Assembly (NCBI GenBank): GCA_938008535.1
Contig: CALLKF010000116.1
Coordinates: 11,376 to 75,375, forward strand
Origin: an uncultured Saprospirales bacterium
Lineage (GTDB): Bacteria; Bacteroidota; Bacteroidia; Chitinophagales; JADIYW01
Length of the DNA: 64,000 nt
Direction of reading: 5' to 3'
Program-made: the position numbers and the translations under genes
In this document: positions 29,372-38,965 of the stretch, in pieces
Numbering within the stretch: position 1 is the stretch's first letter
How the letters are laid out: each line of letters starts with the position of its first letter
The notes under the pieces: model-generated
Seen by the model: only the letters and a program-made list of their open reading frames with translations
Told to the model about the DNA's origin: nothing
Database searches by the model: none

Positions 29372-29406
29372 TATATCTTACTTTACTACTTTAATTATTT
29401 AATTTA

Positions 29407-32400
29407 TTACGCATTGGGTTTATTAATAAAAAACTCAGCTGGTTCTTCGTCTTTATTTCTAACCTTTACTTGATATCCAACTGCTGATAAGAAATGCTGT
29501 TCTTCTAGAACATAGTAGTTTCTACCACTATTTTCAAATGTTTTTGCTACAACACTTTCTTTATTATTTTGATCACCGAATGTAATGGCATTTGTTGGAC
29601 ATGCTGTTTGACAAGCAGTTTTCACATCACCATCTTTTAATGTTCTATTTTCTTTTTTTGCAACTAATTTTCCTTCTTGTATTCGTTGAACACAGAATGA
29701 ACATTTTTCAATTACACCACGAGAACGAGTTACTACATCTGGATTTAATACCATTCTAGTTAAATCTTCAAACATGTAAGATTGAGATTCTGTATCAGTA
29801 AATGAGCGTTTTCCATCATTAAATTTACCAAAACTATCAGCACCTTGATAATCTAACCAATTGAAACGTCTTACTTTATATGGACAGTTATTAGCACAAT
29901 ATCTTGTACCAATACATCTATTATAAGCCATTTGATTTAATCCTTCTGAACTGTGGTTAGTTGCATTTACAGGACAAACGTTTTCACAAGGTGCATTATT
30001 ACAATGTTGACACATCATTGGTTGAAATGAAACATCTGGATTATCTGGATTTCCGTTATAATAACGGTCAATACGCATCCATTGCATTTCTTGTGAACGA
30101 TATACTTGTCTTTTACCAACAACAGGCACATTATTTTCAATACTACATGAAACAACACATGAACCACAGCCAATACATGCATTTAAATCGACAACCATAC
30201 CCCAATGATGACCTTGTTTATAGTCATTTGGTTTATAACCATCATATAATGAATGTGAAAATTTCTCTTTAATTTCTTTACGATCTAAGTTACCTGCATG
30301 TTCATCTTTTTTGTAATCTGCAAGTGTAGTTTCTTTAACAATTTCGCCTCTGTATTTCATTGAACGTCCTGGAAGATTGTTATCTTCCATTAACGTATGA
30401 TAAGTTTGGTTTAATCCAAGTTCGTATGTTTTACTAATAAATTCAATTGTAGCTCCATCAATGTTATATGATGTTATTCCATTTGAAGATTTTAAGAATG
30501 GATAAACATTTTTTCCAACTAAATCACCAGCTTTTCCAGCTTTTTCGCGACCATAACCTAAAGCTATTGCTAAAGTACCTGCAGCTTGGCCAAATTGAAC
30601 AACAACAGGTAATTCTAAAGATTTTCCATTAATCGTAACCTTTGCCACAGCTACATTCTTATCAGAAGGCATGCTGTCAATTCCTTTTTCTTTTGCAAAT
30701 GCATATGGAATACAAACATAATTGTCCCAAGTAACTTTAGCAACTGGGTCTGGCATTTCTTGTAAAAAAGGATTGTTTGCTAAACTTCCGTCACCAATAG
30801 CTACTTTTTCATAGAACAAAACTTCCATTCCTTTAGCTGGATTAGCATCTGCTGAAACACCTGCAATAGATGCACTTACGTTTGCTGAGGCACCACTACC
30901 AGCAGTAACATTACCAAAGAAACCTTGTTGTACAGCAGTTTGGTAATTTGCACCTGTCATAGAAGTAATTTCATTCTGAACTACAGTTGCGATTGGTGTA
31001 TTATCACCTAACCAACTAGCTAGAGATTCTGCAGTTTGACGCGTATCAAATAATGGTGAAATTGTAGGTTGAACAAAACCATAAAATCCAGTTTTTGGAG
31101 ATATAATGTCCCAAGATTCTAAATAATGAGAATTTGGTGCAATATATTGGCAATATTGTGCTGATTCGTCTGGTCTGTCAGCAGTTGAAACTGATAACTC
31201 TGCAGATTTAATTGCATTTTTAAATATTTCTGAATACGCTGTATTGTAAACAGGATTAGTACCAATTAAAATGATTGCTTTATATGAACCTGCTTTTAAA
31301 TCATTTGCTAAAGTTGCTAATGATTCATCATTACCAGTTTTTAAGTTGTAAGTATTGGCAGTATCTATAACAGTACCATAGTTACCTAATGTACCATTGA
31401 TTGCATTTACTAATAATTGTATTTGAAGATCATTTGTACTAGAGATTACAACTGATTTACCTTTTGCTGACAATAATTCTTTCGCAACTTTTGCAATTCC
31501 TTCGTTTGCATCTTTTCCACTAAGGTTTTTTGTACCACTAATAGAACCACCTACAGCTGCTAATAAGTTAATTAATGCTTGCTTTTCCTCAGATGGTTTA
31601 ATAGGATATCTATAATCTGCAGTTGCACCAGTAATAGTCATAGTTGACTGAAATTGGTGATGGCGAGACATTTTTGGATTTTCTTTTGTTGGAATTCTAT
31701 TTGCGATATACTTTTTCGCATTTTCTATATTAGAGATTCCAGTACCTAAAAAATCAGTATTAAATCCAACAATAACATCTGCTTTATCAAAGTTAATTGA
31801 CGGTATGATTGGTGATCCTAAACTAATTTGGTTTGCTTTACGTACAGCATATTGTGAAATGGCATCATAACTAACCACAGTTGTAGTTGGATATTTAGCT
31901 GAAAATTTATCGATTGCTTTTTTAGTAATAACAGATGATAATGAACCAGTAACCAATGCAATTTTACCACCACTTTTAGAAATTGAATCTAATTTTTGGG
32001 TAATCTCTGCATCTATTGTTTTCCAATCTGCATCTTTGTTGTTTTTTCTAGGTTTGTGTAAACGAGTTACATCGTATAAACTTAAAACCGATGCCTGCAT
32101 TCTAGCATTGGTTCCACCAAGCGTTAAAGGTGATTCATTATTTCCTTCAATTTTAATAGGTCGACCTTCACGAGTTTTAACTAATAAATTTGCAAAATCA
32201 GAACCATCGCAATAGGTAGTAGCAAAATACTCTGCAACACCTGGTACAATTTCTGGCACTGCATTTCTTAAATCAAATGTATAAGGAATTGCGTTTTTAA
32301 CAGGAATTTTGCATGCAGAAGCTAAAGCTGCAACAGAAACACTAAAACCCATTGCTTTTAAAAAATCACGACGTGAAGGTTCTACTTCATTGTTTTCTTC

Positions 32401-32502
32401 TATAGCTGTTGTGTCTACATTAAATTCTTTAGATGCTTGCTCCAAGTATGTTGGAGTTTCGTTCATTTCATCTAAGCTTGACCAATATTTTTTGTTACTC
32501 AT
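29407..32502 (-). CDS. actB: Alternative Complex III subunit ActB (Tat-exported molybdopterin-oxidoreductase-like + 4Fe-4S ferredoxin domains)
   Basis: Twin-arginine signal SRRDFLKAMGF and C-terminal Cys clusters CIGCGSCVVSC, CQHCNNAPCENVCP, CIGTRYCANNCP; 1031 aa. Confidence 0.9.
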   Translation of the reverse strand: MSNKKYWSSLDEMNETPTYLEQASKEFNVDTTAIEENNEVEPSRRDFLKAMGFSVSVAALASACKIPVKNAIPYTFDLRNAVPEIVPGVAEYFATTYCDGSDFANLLVKTREGRPIKIEGNNESPLTLGGTNARMQASVLSLYDVTRLHKPRKNNKDADWKTIDAEITQKLDSISKSGGKIALVTGSLSSVITKKAIDKFSAKYPTTTVVSYDAISQYAVRKANQISLGSPIIPSINFDKADVIVGFNTDFLGTGISNIENAKKYIANRIPTKENPKMSRHHQFQSTMTITGATADYRYPIKPSEEKQALINLLAAVGGSISGTKNLSGKDANEGIAKVAKELLSAKGKSVVISSTNDLQIQLLVNAINGTLGNYGTVIDTANTYNLKTGNDESLATLANDLKAGSYKAIILIGTNPVYNTAYSEIFKNAIKSAELSVSTADRPDESAQYCQYIAPNSHYLESWDIISPKTGFYGFVQPTISPLFDTRQTAESLASWLGDNTPIATVVQNEITSMTGANYQTAVQQGFFGNVTAGSGASANVSASIAGVSADANPAKGMEVLFYEKVAIGDGSLANNPFLQEMPDPVAKVTWDNYVCIPYAFAKEKGIDSMPSDKNVAVAKVTINGKSLELPVVVQFGQAAGTLAIALGYGREKAGKAGDLVGKNVYPFLKSSNGITSYNIDGATIEFISKTYELGLNQTYHTLMEDNNLPGRSMKYRGEIVKETTLADYKKDEHAGNLDRKEIKEKFSHSLYDGYKPNDYKQGHHWGMVVDLNACIGCGSCVVSCSIENNVPVVGKRQVYRSQEMQWMRIDRYYNGNPDNPDVSFQPMMCQHCNNAPCENVCPVNATNHSSEGLNQMAYNRCIGTRYCANNCPYKVRRFNWLDYQGADSFGKFNDGKRSFTDTESQSYMFEDLTRMVLNPDVVTRSRGVIEKCSFCVQRIQEGKLVAKKENRTLKDGDVKTACQTACPTNAITFGDQNNKESVVAKTFENSGRNYYVLEEQHFLSAVGYQVKVRNKDEEPAEFFINKPNA

Positions 32503-32572
32503 TTATTTAATGTTATAACGTTTTTTATTTTCATTTTCAAAATATAATACACCATTTAGTGTATCTACACTA

Positions 32573-33847
32573 TTAATAATGACATTTTTGACATTCTGTT
32601 CCACCAATATCAGCAACAGTAACTTTTGCTTTTGTTCCTTTTTTCAATTCATCTTGATATTTCTGGAATATTGAATAATATTTATTTTCAGCAAATTTAA
32701 CTTCTGTTTGACGGTGGCAATTAATACACCAACCCATTGAAAGCGGTGCAAATTGTTTCATCACTTCATATTCTTCAACTTTTCCATGGCAAGTTTGGCA
32801 TTTAATTCCACCTACTTTAACATGTTGTGAGTGATTAAAATAAACGTGGTCTGGTAAATTATGAATTTTAATCCATTCGAAATTCTTAGGTGCTCTAACA
32901 AATTTTGATTGATCTGGATCCCAACCTTGTGCCGCATAGATTTTGGCAATTTCTTCTGTGCCATATTTTGGCCCTTGTTTTACATATTTATGGCAGTTCA
33001 TACAAATTTGTAATCCTGGAATACTTGCATGTTTACTTTTTTCTACACTAGTATGGCAATATTGACATTCAATTTGATTTTGACCAACGTGCAATGCATG
33101 TGAGAATTTTATTGGTTGTTCTGGAGCATATCCTTGTGAGCGACCTAAATCAATTGCACCATTAAAAATATTGAATACCAAAAGTATTGAACCAATAAAC
33201 ATAAGTGTTTTGTATGTTTTTTTACTGAAAACTTTTTGTACTATCGTTTTTTCTTCAACAACTTCACCAGCTTTTTCACGAACAACTTTATCAAGCTTTG
33301 AAGTTATATTCCATAATAGTATTGCAAGTACAGCTAAAAACCCAAATAAAGCCCAAAGTAACCAACTAGAACTATCAGCAGTATTTGTTTCAGCACCAGC
33401 AGTTGGTGCAGGTGTTGTAGCAACTGGAGCAGCAACACCAGGATTTTTGATGTACAATAAAATACTTAAAATCTGATCCTTGTTTAAGGTAGGAAAAGAT
33501 TGCATAACAGATTTGTTATACTCATTAAAAATCTTATTGGCATATGGATTGCCACTTGCTATTAATTTACCTGAGTTTTGTACCCAAGCAACAATTTTGT
33601 CTTCGCTTTCCCATCTGTCCCAAACTCCAGTTAAAGCAGGTCCTACTACTTTTTTGTCAATTGCATGACAAGCAGTACAGTTTGCTTTGAATAAAGCCAT
33701 ACCTTCTTTTGCTTTTGCAACACCATCCGCATCAGTTGCAGCTACATCAGGAACAGCTACAGCTGCGCTTGCATAGTTGGTAAAAGATAGGAATAGAATA
33801 ACTACTATTAGTTGACAGAGGATTTTCAATGATTTGCAATTATACAT
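32573..33847 (-). CDS. actA: Alternative Complex III multiheme cytochrome c ActA with extra N-terminal class-I-like cytochrome c domain
   Basis: Six CxxCH motifs (CTACH, CQYCH, CMNCH, CQTCH, CINCH, CQKCH). The start was moved to MYNCKSLK (ATG at 33847) ahead of the signal/anchor. Confidence 0.85.
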   Translation of the reverse strand: MYNCKSLKILCQLIVVILFLSFTNYASAAVAVPDVAATDADGVAKAKEGMALFKANCTACHAIDKKVVGPALTGVWDRWESEDKIVAWVQNSGKLIASGNPYANKIFNEYNKSVMQSFPTLNKDQILSILLYIKNPGVAAPVATTPAPTAGAETNTADSSSWLLWALFGFLAVLAILLWNITSKLDKVVREKAGEVVEEKTIVQKVFSKKTYKTLMFIGSILLVFNIFNGAIDLGRSQGYAPEQPIKFSHALHVGQNQIECQYCHTSVEKSKHASIPGLQICMNCHKYVKQGPKYGTEEIAKIYAAQGWDPDQSKFVRAPKNFEWIKIHNLPDHVYFNHSQHVKVGGIKCQTCHGKVEEYEVMKQFAPLSMGWCINCHRQTEVKFAENKYYSIFQKYQDELKKGTKAKVTVADIGGTECQKCHY

Positions 33848-34158
33848 TATACGTCTAATTTTCTCGGTGCAAATATAGTATTCAGTTGTTTTAATTTCAT
33901 GAAATGTGGAAAAAAGTTCTATTTGGAATAAGTCTAAACAATTCCTATTTTGTTGAAATTCAATCACATTTACAATATCGTTAAACATAAATTGTTAGAA
34001 TTTAATGCTGTCTTAACATTTCTTTAGGAAAATTTAAAATTATAAGGAACTTTTACACAAAAATGTGAGTTGGCAAATCATTTTTCTAATTTTGGTACGA
34101 TTTTTATGAAATTTATTTGAAACATTCATTTTTACTAATTCTAACTAAAATAAAACTT

Positions 34159-35328
34159 ATGAAAAAATACATACTACTCATTATTATCAGTACTATTTTA
34201 ACATCCTGCCATAGTGTTAAGAAGAGTTTTGAAAGCAGAAATTATGATACAGTTATTGATCTTTTCACAAAAAAGAAAAAAGTAACTGACGAAGAAATTT
34301 CGATGTTTGAAAAATCGTACAAAGCTGCTTTAGAACGAGACAAAGAAAAAATCGTACAATTAAAAGCCATCAACAACGGCGATCGTTGGGAACAAATTTT
34401 TGATCTTTATACAAAAATAAACACAAGACAAAATTCGGTGATGCGTGTAATTCCTGTTTTCTATTCAAATGGAAATAAAGCTGACATAGAAATTTTCAAC
34501 TTAAGTGCTGCGCTCGAAGAATCGAGACAAAATGCAGCGCAATCATATTACGATCAAGGTTTGAAATTATTAAACACTAACAACAAAACATCTATTCGTC
34601 AGTCTTTAGATTATTTCAATGCATCTAAAAAATTCTACATCAACTATAAAGATGTAAACGAATTGATGCAGCAAGCATTAAGCAAAGGAAAAAATTATGT
34701 ATTGTTGTTAGTCGAAAAGAATCCATCTCTTTTATTGCCACCTTCTTTTGAACAAAGTATTTTAGATAATGTGAAGTTGACTCAGAACGAACAATGGGTA
34801 AATATTGACTACAGAAGAAAAGATAATATCAATTACGACTATGTTGTTAAACTTAATTTATATGACATTGTAGTGTCGCCTGATGTTATTAAAGAAACGC
34901 AAAATACAGAAGAAAAACTAGTAGAAGATGGTTGGCAATATGTGTTGGATCCTCGTGGAAACGTAAAAAAAGATTCGCTAGGTAATGATATAAAAGTTCC
35001 TAAATACACAAAGATTAGTTGTTTGGTTAAAGAAACACGCATGACAAAAAGTGCACAAGTTTTTGGTGATGTAACTATATATGAAGCACAAACAAAAGAT
35101 TTTATAAAAAACCAGAAATGCATAGGAAATGCTGCTTTTGATTATTCGTATATTCAATTATTTGGTGATAGAAATGCAGTGAGTGAAGCTACCTTAAAGA
35201 AATTAGGGAATGCACCAATGTTATTTCCAACTACCTTTGAAATGGTTGAACGATCAAAGAATGAACTGATAAAATGTTATCAAGATTTTGTGATTGCAAA
35301 TTACAATATGTTTCAATACGTGAAATAA
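34159..35328 (+). CDS. Hypothetical lipoprotein
   Basis: Start MKKYILLIIISTILTSC provides a lipobox; no catalytic motif recognised. Confidence 0.55.
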   Translation: MKKYILLIIISTILTSCHSVKKSFESRNYDTVIDLFTKKKKVTDEEISMFEKSYKAALERDKEKIVQLKAINNGDRWEQIFDLYTKINTRQNSVMRVIPVFYSNGNKADIEIFNLSAALEESRQNAAQSYYDQGLKLLNTNNKTSIRQSLDYFNASKKFYINYKDVNELMQQALSKGKNYVLLLVEKNPSLLLPPSFEQSILDNVKLTQNEQWVNIDYRRKDNINYDYVVKLNLYDIVVSPDVIKETQNTEEKLVEDGWQYVLDPRGNVKKDSLGNDIKVPKYTKISCLVKETRMTKSAQVFGDVTIYEAQTKDFIKNQKCIGNAAFDYSYIQLFGDRNAVSEATLKKLGNAPMLFPTTFEMVERSKNELIKCYQDFVIANYNMFQYVK

Positions 35329-35366
35329 ATAGTAGTAATTTGTAAGTAGTGAGTAATAAGATAAGT

Positions 35367-35963
35367 ATGCTAGAAATTATTAAGAAATATTTCCCGAATT
35401 TAACAGATGTACAACAACATCAATTTGAACAGTTGTTACCACTTTATAAAGAATGGAACGAAAAGATAAATGTAATTTCCAGAAAAGATATCGATAATTT
35501 TTATGTGCATCACGTGTTGCATTCGTTATCTATTGCCACATTTTTTGAATTTAAAAAAGACGAATCTATTTTAGACATTGGAACTGGTGGTGGTTTTCCT
35601 GGTATTCCGTTGGCTATATTTTTTCCAGAAACAAAGTTTACGTTAACCGATTCTATTGCAAAAAAAATAACGGTTGTCAAAGCAGTGAAAGATGCATTGC
35701 AATTACATAACGTTACCACAAAAATTGCACGTGCAGAAAGCATTTCTGAAAAATTTGATTACATCGTTACACGTGCTGTAGCACCAATGAACGATTTACT
35801 ATTTTGGAGTAAAAATAAACACGCTAAAAAAATTATCGCATTAAAAGGTGGTGATTTAACAGAAGAATTAAAACCGATTAAAAAAAATATTCGCATCATC
35901 GAATTAAAGGATTCATTTGATGAAGCGTTTTTTGAAACAAAGAAAATTGTGGTTTGTAATTAA
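35367..35963 (+). CDS. rsmG: 16S rRNA (guanine527-N7)-methyltransferase RsmG
   Basis: SAM motif DIGTGGGFPGIPLAI and typical GidB length. The ATG at 35367 is preferred over the GTG at 35349. Confidence 0.85.
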   Translation: MLEIIKKYFPNLTDVQQHQFEQLLPLYKEWNEKINVISRKDIDNFYVHHVLHSLSIATFFEFKKDESILDIGTGGGFPGIPLAIFFPETKFTLTDSIAKKITVVKAVKDALQLHNVTTKIARAESISEKFDYIVTRAVAPMNDLLFWSKNKHAKKIIALKGGDLTEELKPIKKNIRIIELKDSFDEAFFETKKIVVCN

Positions 35964-35997
35964 ACCTAAATCCCTAATGGGACTTTCAATAACTACG

Positions 35998-36942
35998 TTA
36001 ATTCTTCACTGCTTTGGCTTCTTCTAACATGTTAGCTTTTGCGTCTTCAATATTTAAAACAGCAGCAAATCGACCGTTGCCGTATTTGGCTAATTCTTTT
36101 AATTTTGACGTAACATAGTTGGTGTTTTTTCCAAACAAAAACATCGATAACGTAATATTTTTTGAAGCACCTTGCTCAATGTTTTTTTCCATTTTTTTGT
36201 ATTCTTTTTCACCAGAAGTAATTAATCCATCTGTTGCTAAAACAATACGATTGTTACCATTTTTTATAAAATTTTTTTGTGCAGTTTTATAGGCAAATTC
36301 GATGGCTGCACCACCTTGCGACGAACCTTCAAATCTTAAATCATCAATTGTTTTTAAAATTAGAGATTTATTTTCTGCTGCTGTAGATGGTAATACTTCA
36401 CGCACACCACTCGAAAATGTTAGTATCGCCACGCGGTCTGTAGATCTCAGCTGTTCCACTAAATATTTTAATGATGATTTTACAACTGGAAATTTTTCTG
36501 ATGAATTCATTGATGAAGAAACATCAATTAAGAACACTAAATTATTAGTAGCAAATCCATCTAAAATTGGCTTTGGCTCTGTTTTCATTACTACAACATC
36601 AGTATCTTTTTTAGCTTGTTGTTTCAATGTAAAATCTCTGAACGATGTTTTATTTACTCTTACAAATCCATTTAAATCATAATAACTTTTACATTTAATT
36701 TGCAATGGATAATCTTGTTCTGGCATCATCACCTGAGAATTAATTTCATAAAAACCAGTTGAATCAGTAATGTCAAAAATTTCATTTTTTTGTCCAAACG
36801 TAATGGAAACCACAGCACCAGAAACTGGTAGTTTCGAATCAATATCTTTTACATAACCTTTTACAATCAAGCCATTTCCAGCGAACAAAGAAATTGTACT
36901 AGAAAAAATAAAAACAAAAAGTAGTTTATAAATATGGTTCAT
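35998..36942 (-). CDS. VWA-domain protein with N-terminal carboxypeptidase-regulatory-like fold
   Basis: Signal peptide, GYVKDIDSKLPVSGAVVS (CarbopepD_reg-like), and a MIDAS-like LIDVSSSMN. Confidence 0.75.
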   Translation of the reverse strand: MNHIYKLLFVFIFSSTISLFAGNGLIVKGYVKDIDSKLPVSGAVVSITFGQKNEIFDITDSTGFYEINSQVMMPEQDYPLQIKCKSYYDLNGFVRVNKTSFRDFTLKQQAKKDTDVVVMKTEPKPILDGFATNNLVFLIDVSSSMNSSEKFPVVKSSLKYLVEQLRSTDRVAILTFSSGVREVLPSTAAENKSLILKTIDDLRFEGSSQGGAAIEFAYKTAQKNFIKNGNNRIVLATDGLITSGEKEYKKMEKNIEQGASKNITLSMFLFGKNTNYVTSKLKELAKYGNGRFAAVLNIEDAKANMLEEAKAVKN

Positions 36943-37023
36943 GTTTAAAATAATTATAAGCTAAGTTAAGAGAATAGTTTTGATTTATTTATTGGAAATC
37001 AAAAATTATGCTAATTTTAAATC

Positions 37024-37773
37024 ATGCAAAGATACTTTTTATTCATCATCGCGTTCCTATTATTGCTAAATACCAACGCACAAGACTCTACACAACGACA
37101 AAGCATTTATAAATTCAGGTTGTCGGTTGATATTCCAATTGGCGCCCTTATTACTGGAACTGGCATTGCTGGTTTAATTTTGCATAAAAAGAAAAAAGGA
37201 TTAACTCAAACAGATATAGATGGATTAAGTGCCGCAAGTATCAATAAATTTGACAGATATGCTATTTACCAACACTCAAAACCATCAGCTATTGCCAGCG
37301 ATGTTTTTCAATATACTGCAATGGTGAGTCCTGCGTTTTTATTTATTGATAAAGACATTCGCAAAGACTGGAAAACGGTCTTGCCGCTTTGGGTCGAAAC
37401 CTTTGCAATTACTACTGCTTTGACCACTTTTACCAAAGAAATTGCGCAACGAAAACGACCGTATGTTTACTCAGATTATGGCAATGGAAACAAACTTAGT
37501 AAAGATGCATTGTCATCTTTCTTTTCCGGACATACCAGCATCACGGCATCCAGCACTTTTTTTATTGCCATGGTTTATACTGATTATCATCCGCATTCAA
37601 AATTTTTACCATTGCTGTGGACTGGTGCTGCCATTTTTCCTGCATTGACTGGTTTAACGCGCGTGAAAGCAGGCAAACATTACTGGACAGATGTGATAGT
37701 TGGCTATGCAGTTGGCGCGCTGGTTGGCACGCTTACACCTTATTTACATCGAAGAGAATTCAGAAGAAAATAA
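37024..37773 (+). CDS. PAP2-family phosphatase
   Basis: The three PAP2 motifs are present: KEIAQRKRP, SGHTS, and TRVKAGKHYWTDV. Confidence 0.75.
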   Translation: MQRYFLFIIAFLLLLNTNAQDSTQRQSIYKFRLSVDIPIGALITGTGIAGLILHKKKKGLTQTDIDGLSAASINKFDRYAIYQHSKPSAIASDVFQYTAMVSPAFLFIDKDIRKDWKTVLPLWVETFAITTALTTFTKEIAQRKRPYVYSDYGNGNKLSKDALSSFFSGHTSITASSTFFIAMVYTDYHPHSKFLPLLWTGAAIFPALTGLTRVKAGKHYWTDVIVGYAVGALVGTLTPYLHRREFRRK

Positions 37774-37782
37774 AAAAATGAA

Positions 37783-37946
37783 ACCACTTAAGAAACTTTA
37801 GGAACTTTAGAGAGCAATGATTTATTGCGATATAAGATAGCTAAGCAATTAAGAAGTTTTTATTTAAAAAAAAACTAAGCTCTTTTCGTTATTACCTTAA
37901 TTGTTTCTTGTGATTTTTCTTTAGTTTCTAATGTGCCTTAAGTGGT
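37783..37946. repeat. ~165-bp imperfect palindromic element between convergent genes
   Basis: Perfect 10-bp termini accacttaag / cttaagtggt. Inner complementary words occur in mirror order: agaaactttag / ctttagtttct and caattaag / cttaattg. Confidence 0.6.
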
Positions 37947-37953
37947 AAAATTA

Positions 37954-38673
37954 TTATGCATTTCCATTCATCCAAGTAAACACTTTGTTTCCATCGGTAT
38001 TTATAGAAAATGAATCTTTAAAAACGGCAGAAAAGTTTTTTTCAAACTGTGCGTTTTCAATGTTGCTTTTGTGCGAATCATCTATTTTTGAGAACAACAA
38101 AATACCTTGTTCGTTTACTAAATTCTTTAAGCTGCTTAGAAATTGTTGCTGCATAAATTGCATTGGTGTTTCGTCTTCAATAAACACATCAAACAACACC
38201 AAATCGTATTTTTTATGTTGATGGGTTTGCACAAAATGTTCTGCATCATCGCATACATAATCTACTTTATTTTTTAAGTTCGATTGTAAATACTTTTTAG
38301 CCAAATCAATAATAATTGTATCGGCATCAACAGCAGTTATTTGGTTGATGCTTGTATGATTTTCCAGCAGATCTACCACGCTGCCTAAACCGAAACCTAA
38401 TACCAAAACCGATGCTATTTTTTTGTTTTGAATATCAATTGCTTTAAACGCTACCTGAAACGATGTGTAGTTTTTTCCGAACGAATAGATAGCGTTTTTG
38501 GTAGCCAGTTTATATTGACCACCAGACAAAGAAACCTCCACTTCGCCAGAGAAATTGCTTTGTTTTTTCTCTATAGAAATATCGAACAGGTAGCTTAAAA
38601 TATGTTTAATGGTGGATGGCATCGGCAACGCGAAAATAAGTAAAATTAGCTGAATTAGTTTTGTAGTGTACAT
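37954..38673 (-). CDS. Class I SAM-dependent methyltransferase / spermidine-synthase-like protein
   Basis: N-terminal hydrophobic segment and LVLGFGLGSVV (motif I-like) followed by an acidic D..D pattern; 239 aa. Confidence 0.6.
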   Translation of the reverse strand: MYTTKLIQLILLIFALPMPSTIKHILSYLFDISIEKKQSNFSGEVEVSLSGGQYKLATKNAIYSFGKNYTSFQVAFKAIDIQNKKIASVLVLGFGLGSVVDLLENHTSINQITAVDADTIIIDLAKKYLQSNLKNKVDYVCDDAEHFVQTHQHKKYDLVLFDVFIEDETPMQFMQQQFLSSLKNLVNEQGILLFSKIDDSHKSNIENAQFEKNFSAVFKDSFSINTDGNKVFTWMNGNA

Positions 38674-38742
38674 ACTGAGCTACTATTAAAAAACGAATGC
38701 AATGCACATTGACAGACTTGCATTTTTGCATTTTTGCTTCAT

Positions 38743-38965
38743 CCGCATGATAGGAAGTTGGTTCCGCATGATAGAAAGCTGAAGTGCGATGATAGATAGT
38801 TAATTCCGCATGATAAAAAGTTGTAGCCCGATGATAGATAGTTGACTCCGTTTAATAGAAAGTTGAATCCCGATGATAGAAAGTTAGCTTCGGATAATAG
38901 AAAGTTTAATCGCGGTGATAGAAAGTTTAATCCGCTTGATAGTAATTTTCGTTCGGAAAAATAGT
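38743..38965 (+). repeat. Degenerate head-to-tail tandem array, ~21-bp period, 10-11 units (consensus CCGnnTGATAGAAAGTTnAnT)
   Basis: Units start at 38743, 38764, 38787, 38806, 38827, 38848, 38869, 38891, 38911 and 38932, with a decayed unit at 38954. Each has a (T/A)GATAG(A/G/T)AAGTT-like core. The region is noncoding, with stops in all frames. Confidence 0.85.

Noticed and set aside
33870-33877. Bacteroidota-type -7 promoter box (TATATTTG on the minus strand) 22 nt upstream of the actA start
   Set aside because: It matches TAnnTTTG, but no TTTG -33 element lies at the expected 19-21 nt spacing. A single 8-mer in AT-rich DNA is not enough to report as a feature.
33848-33988. 5' extensions of tracked ORFs: 4084, 9489, 27410, 33988, 34117, 35349, 48366, 51296, 52867, 55729, 55835, 63273
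   Set aside because: Internal starts give canonical N-termini (signal peptides, lipoboxes, P-loops, HxH). They also remove overlaps with upstream genes or terminators, and the extensions have no homology-like features.
38743-38965. Possible CRISPR array
   Set aside because: The units are contiguous with no unique spacers and are degenerate (19-23 bp, many substitutions). No cas genes are visible in the window.
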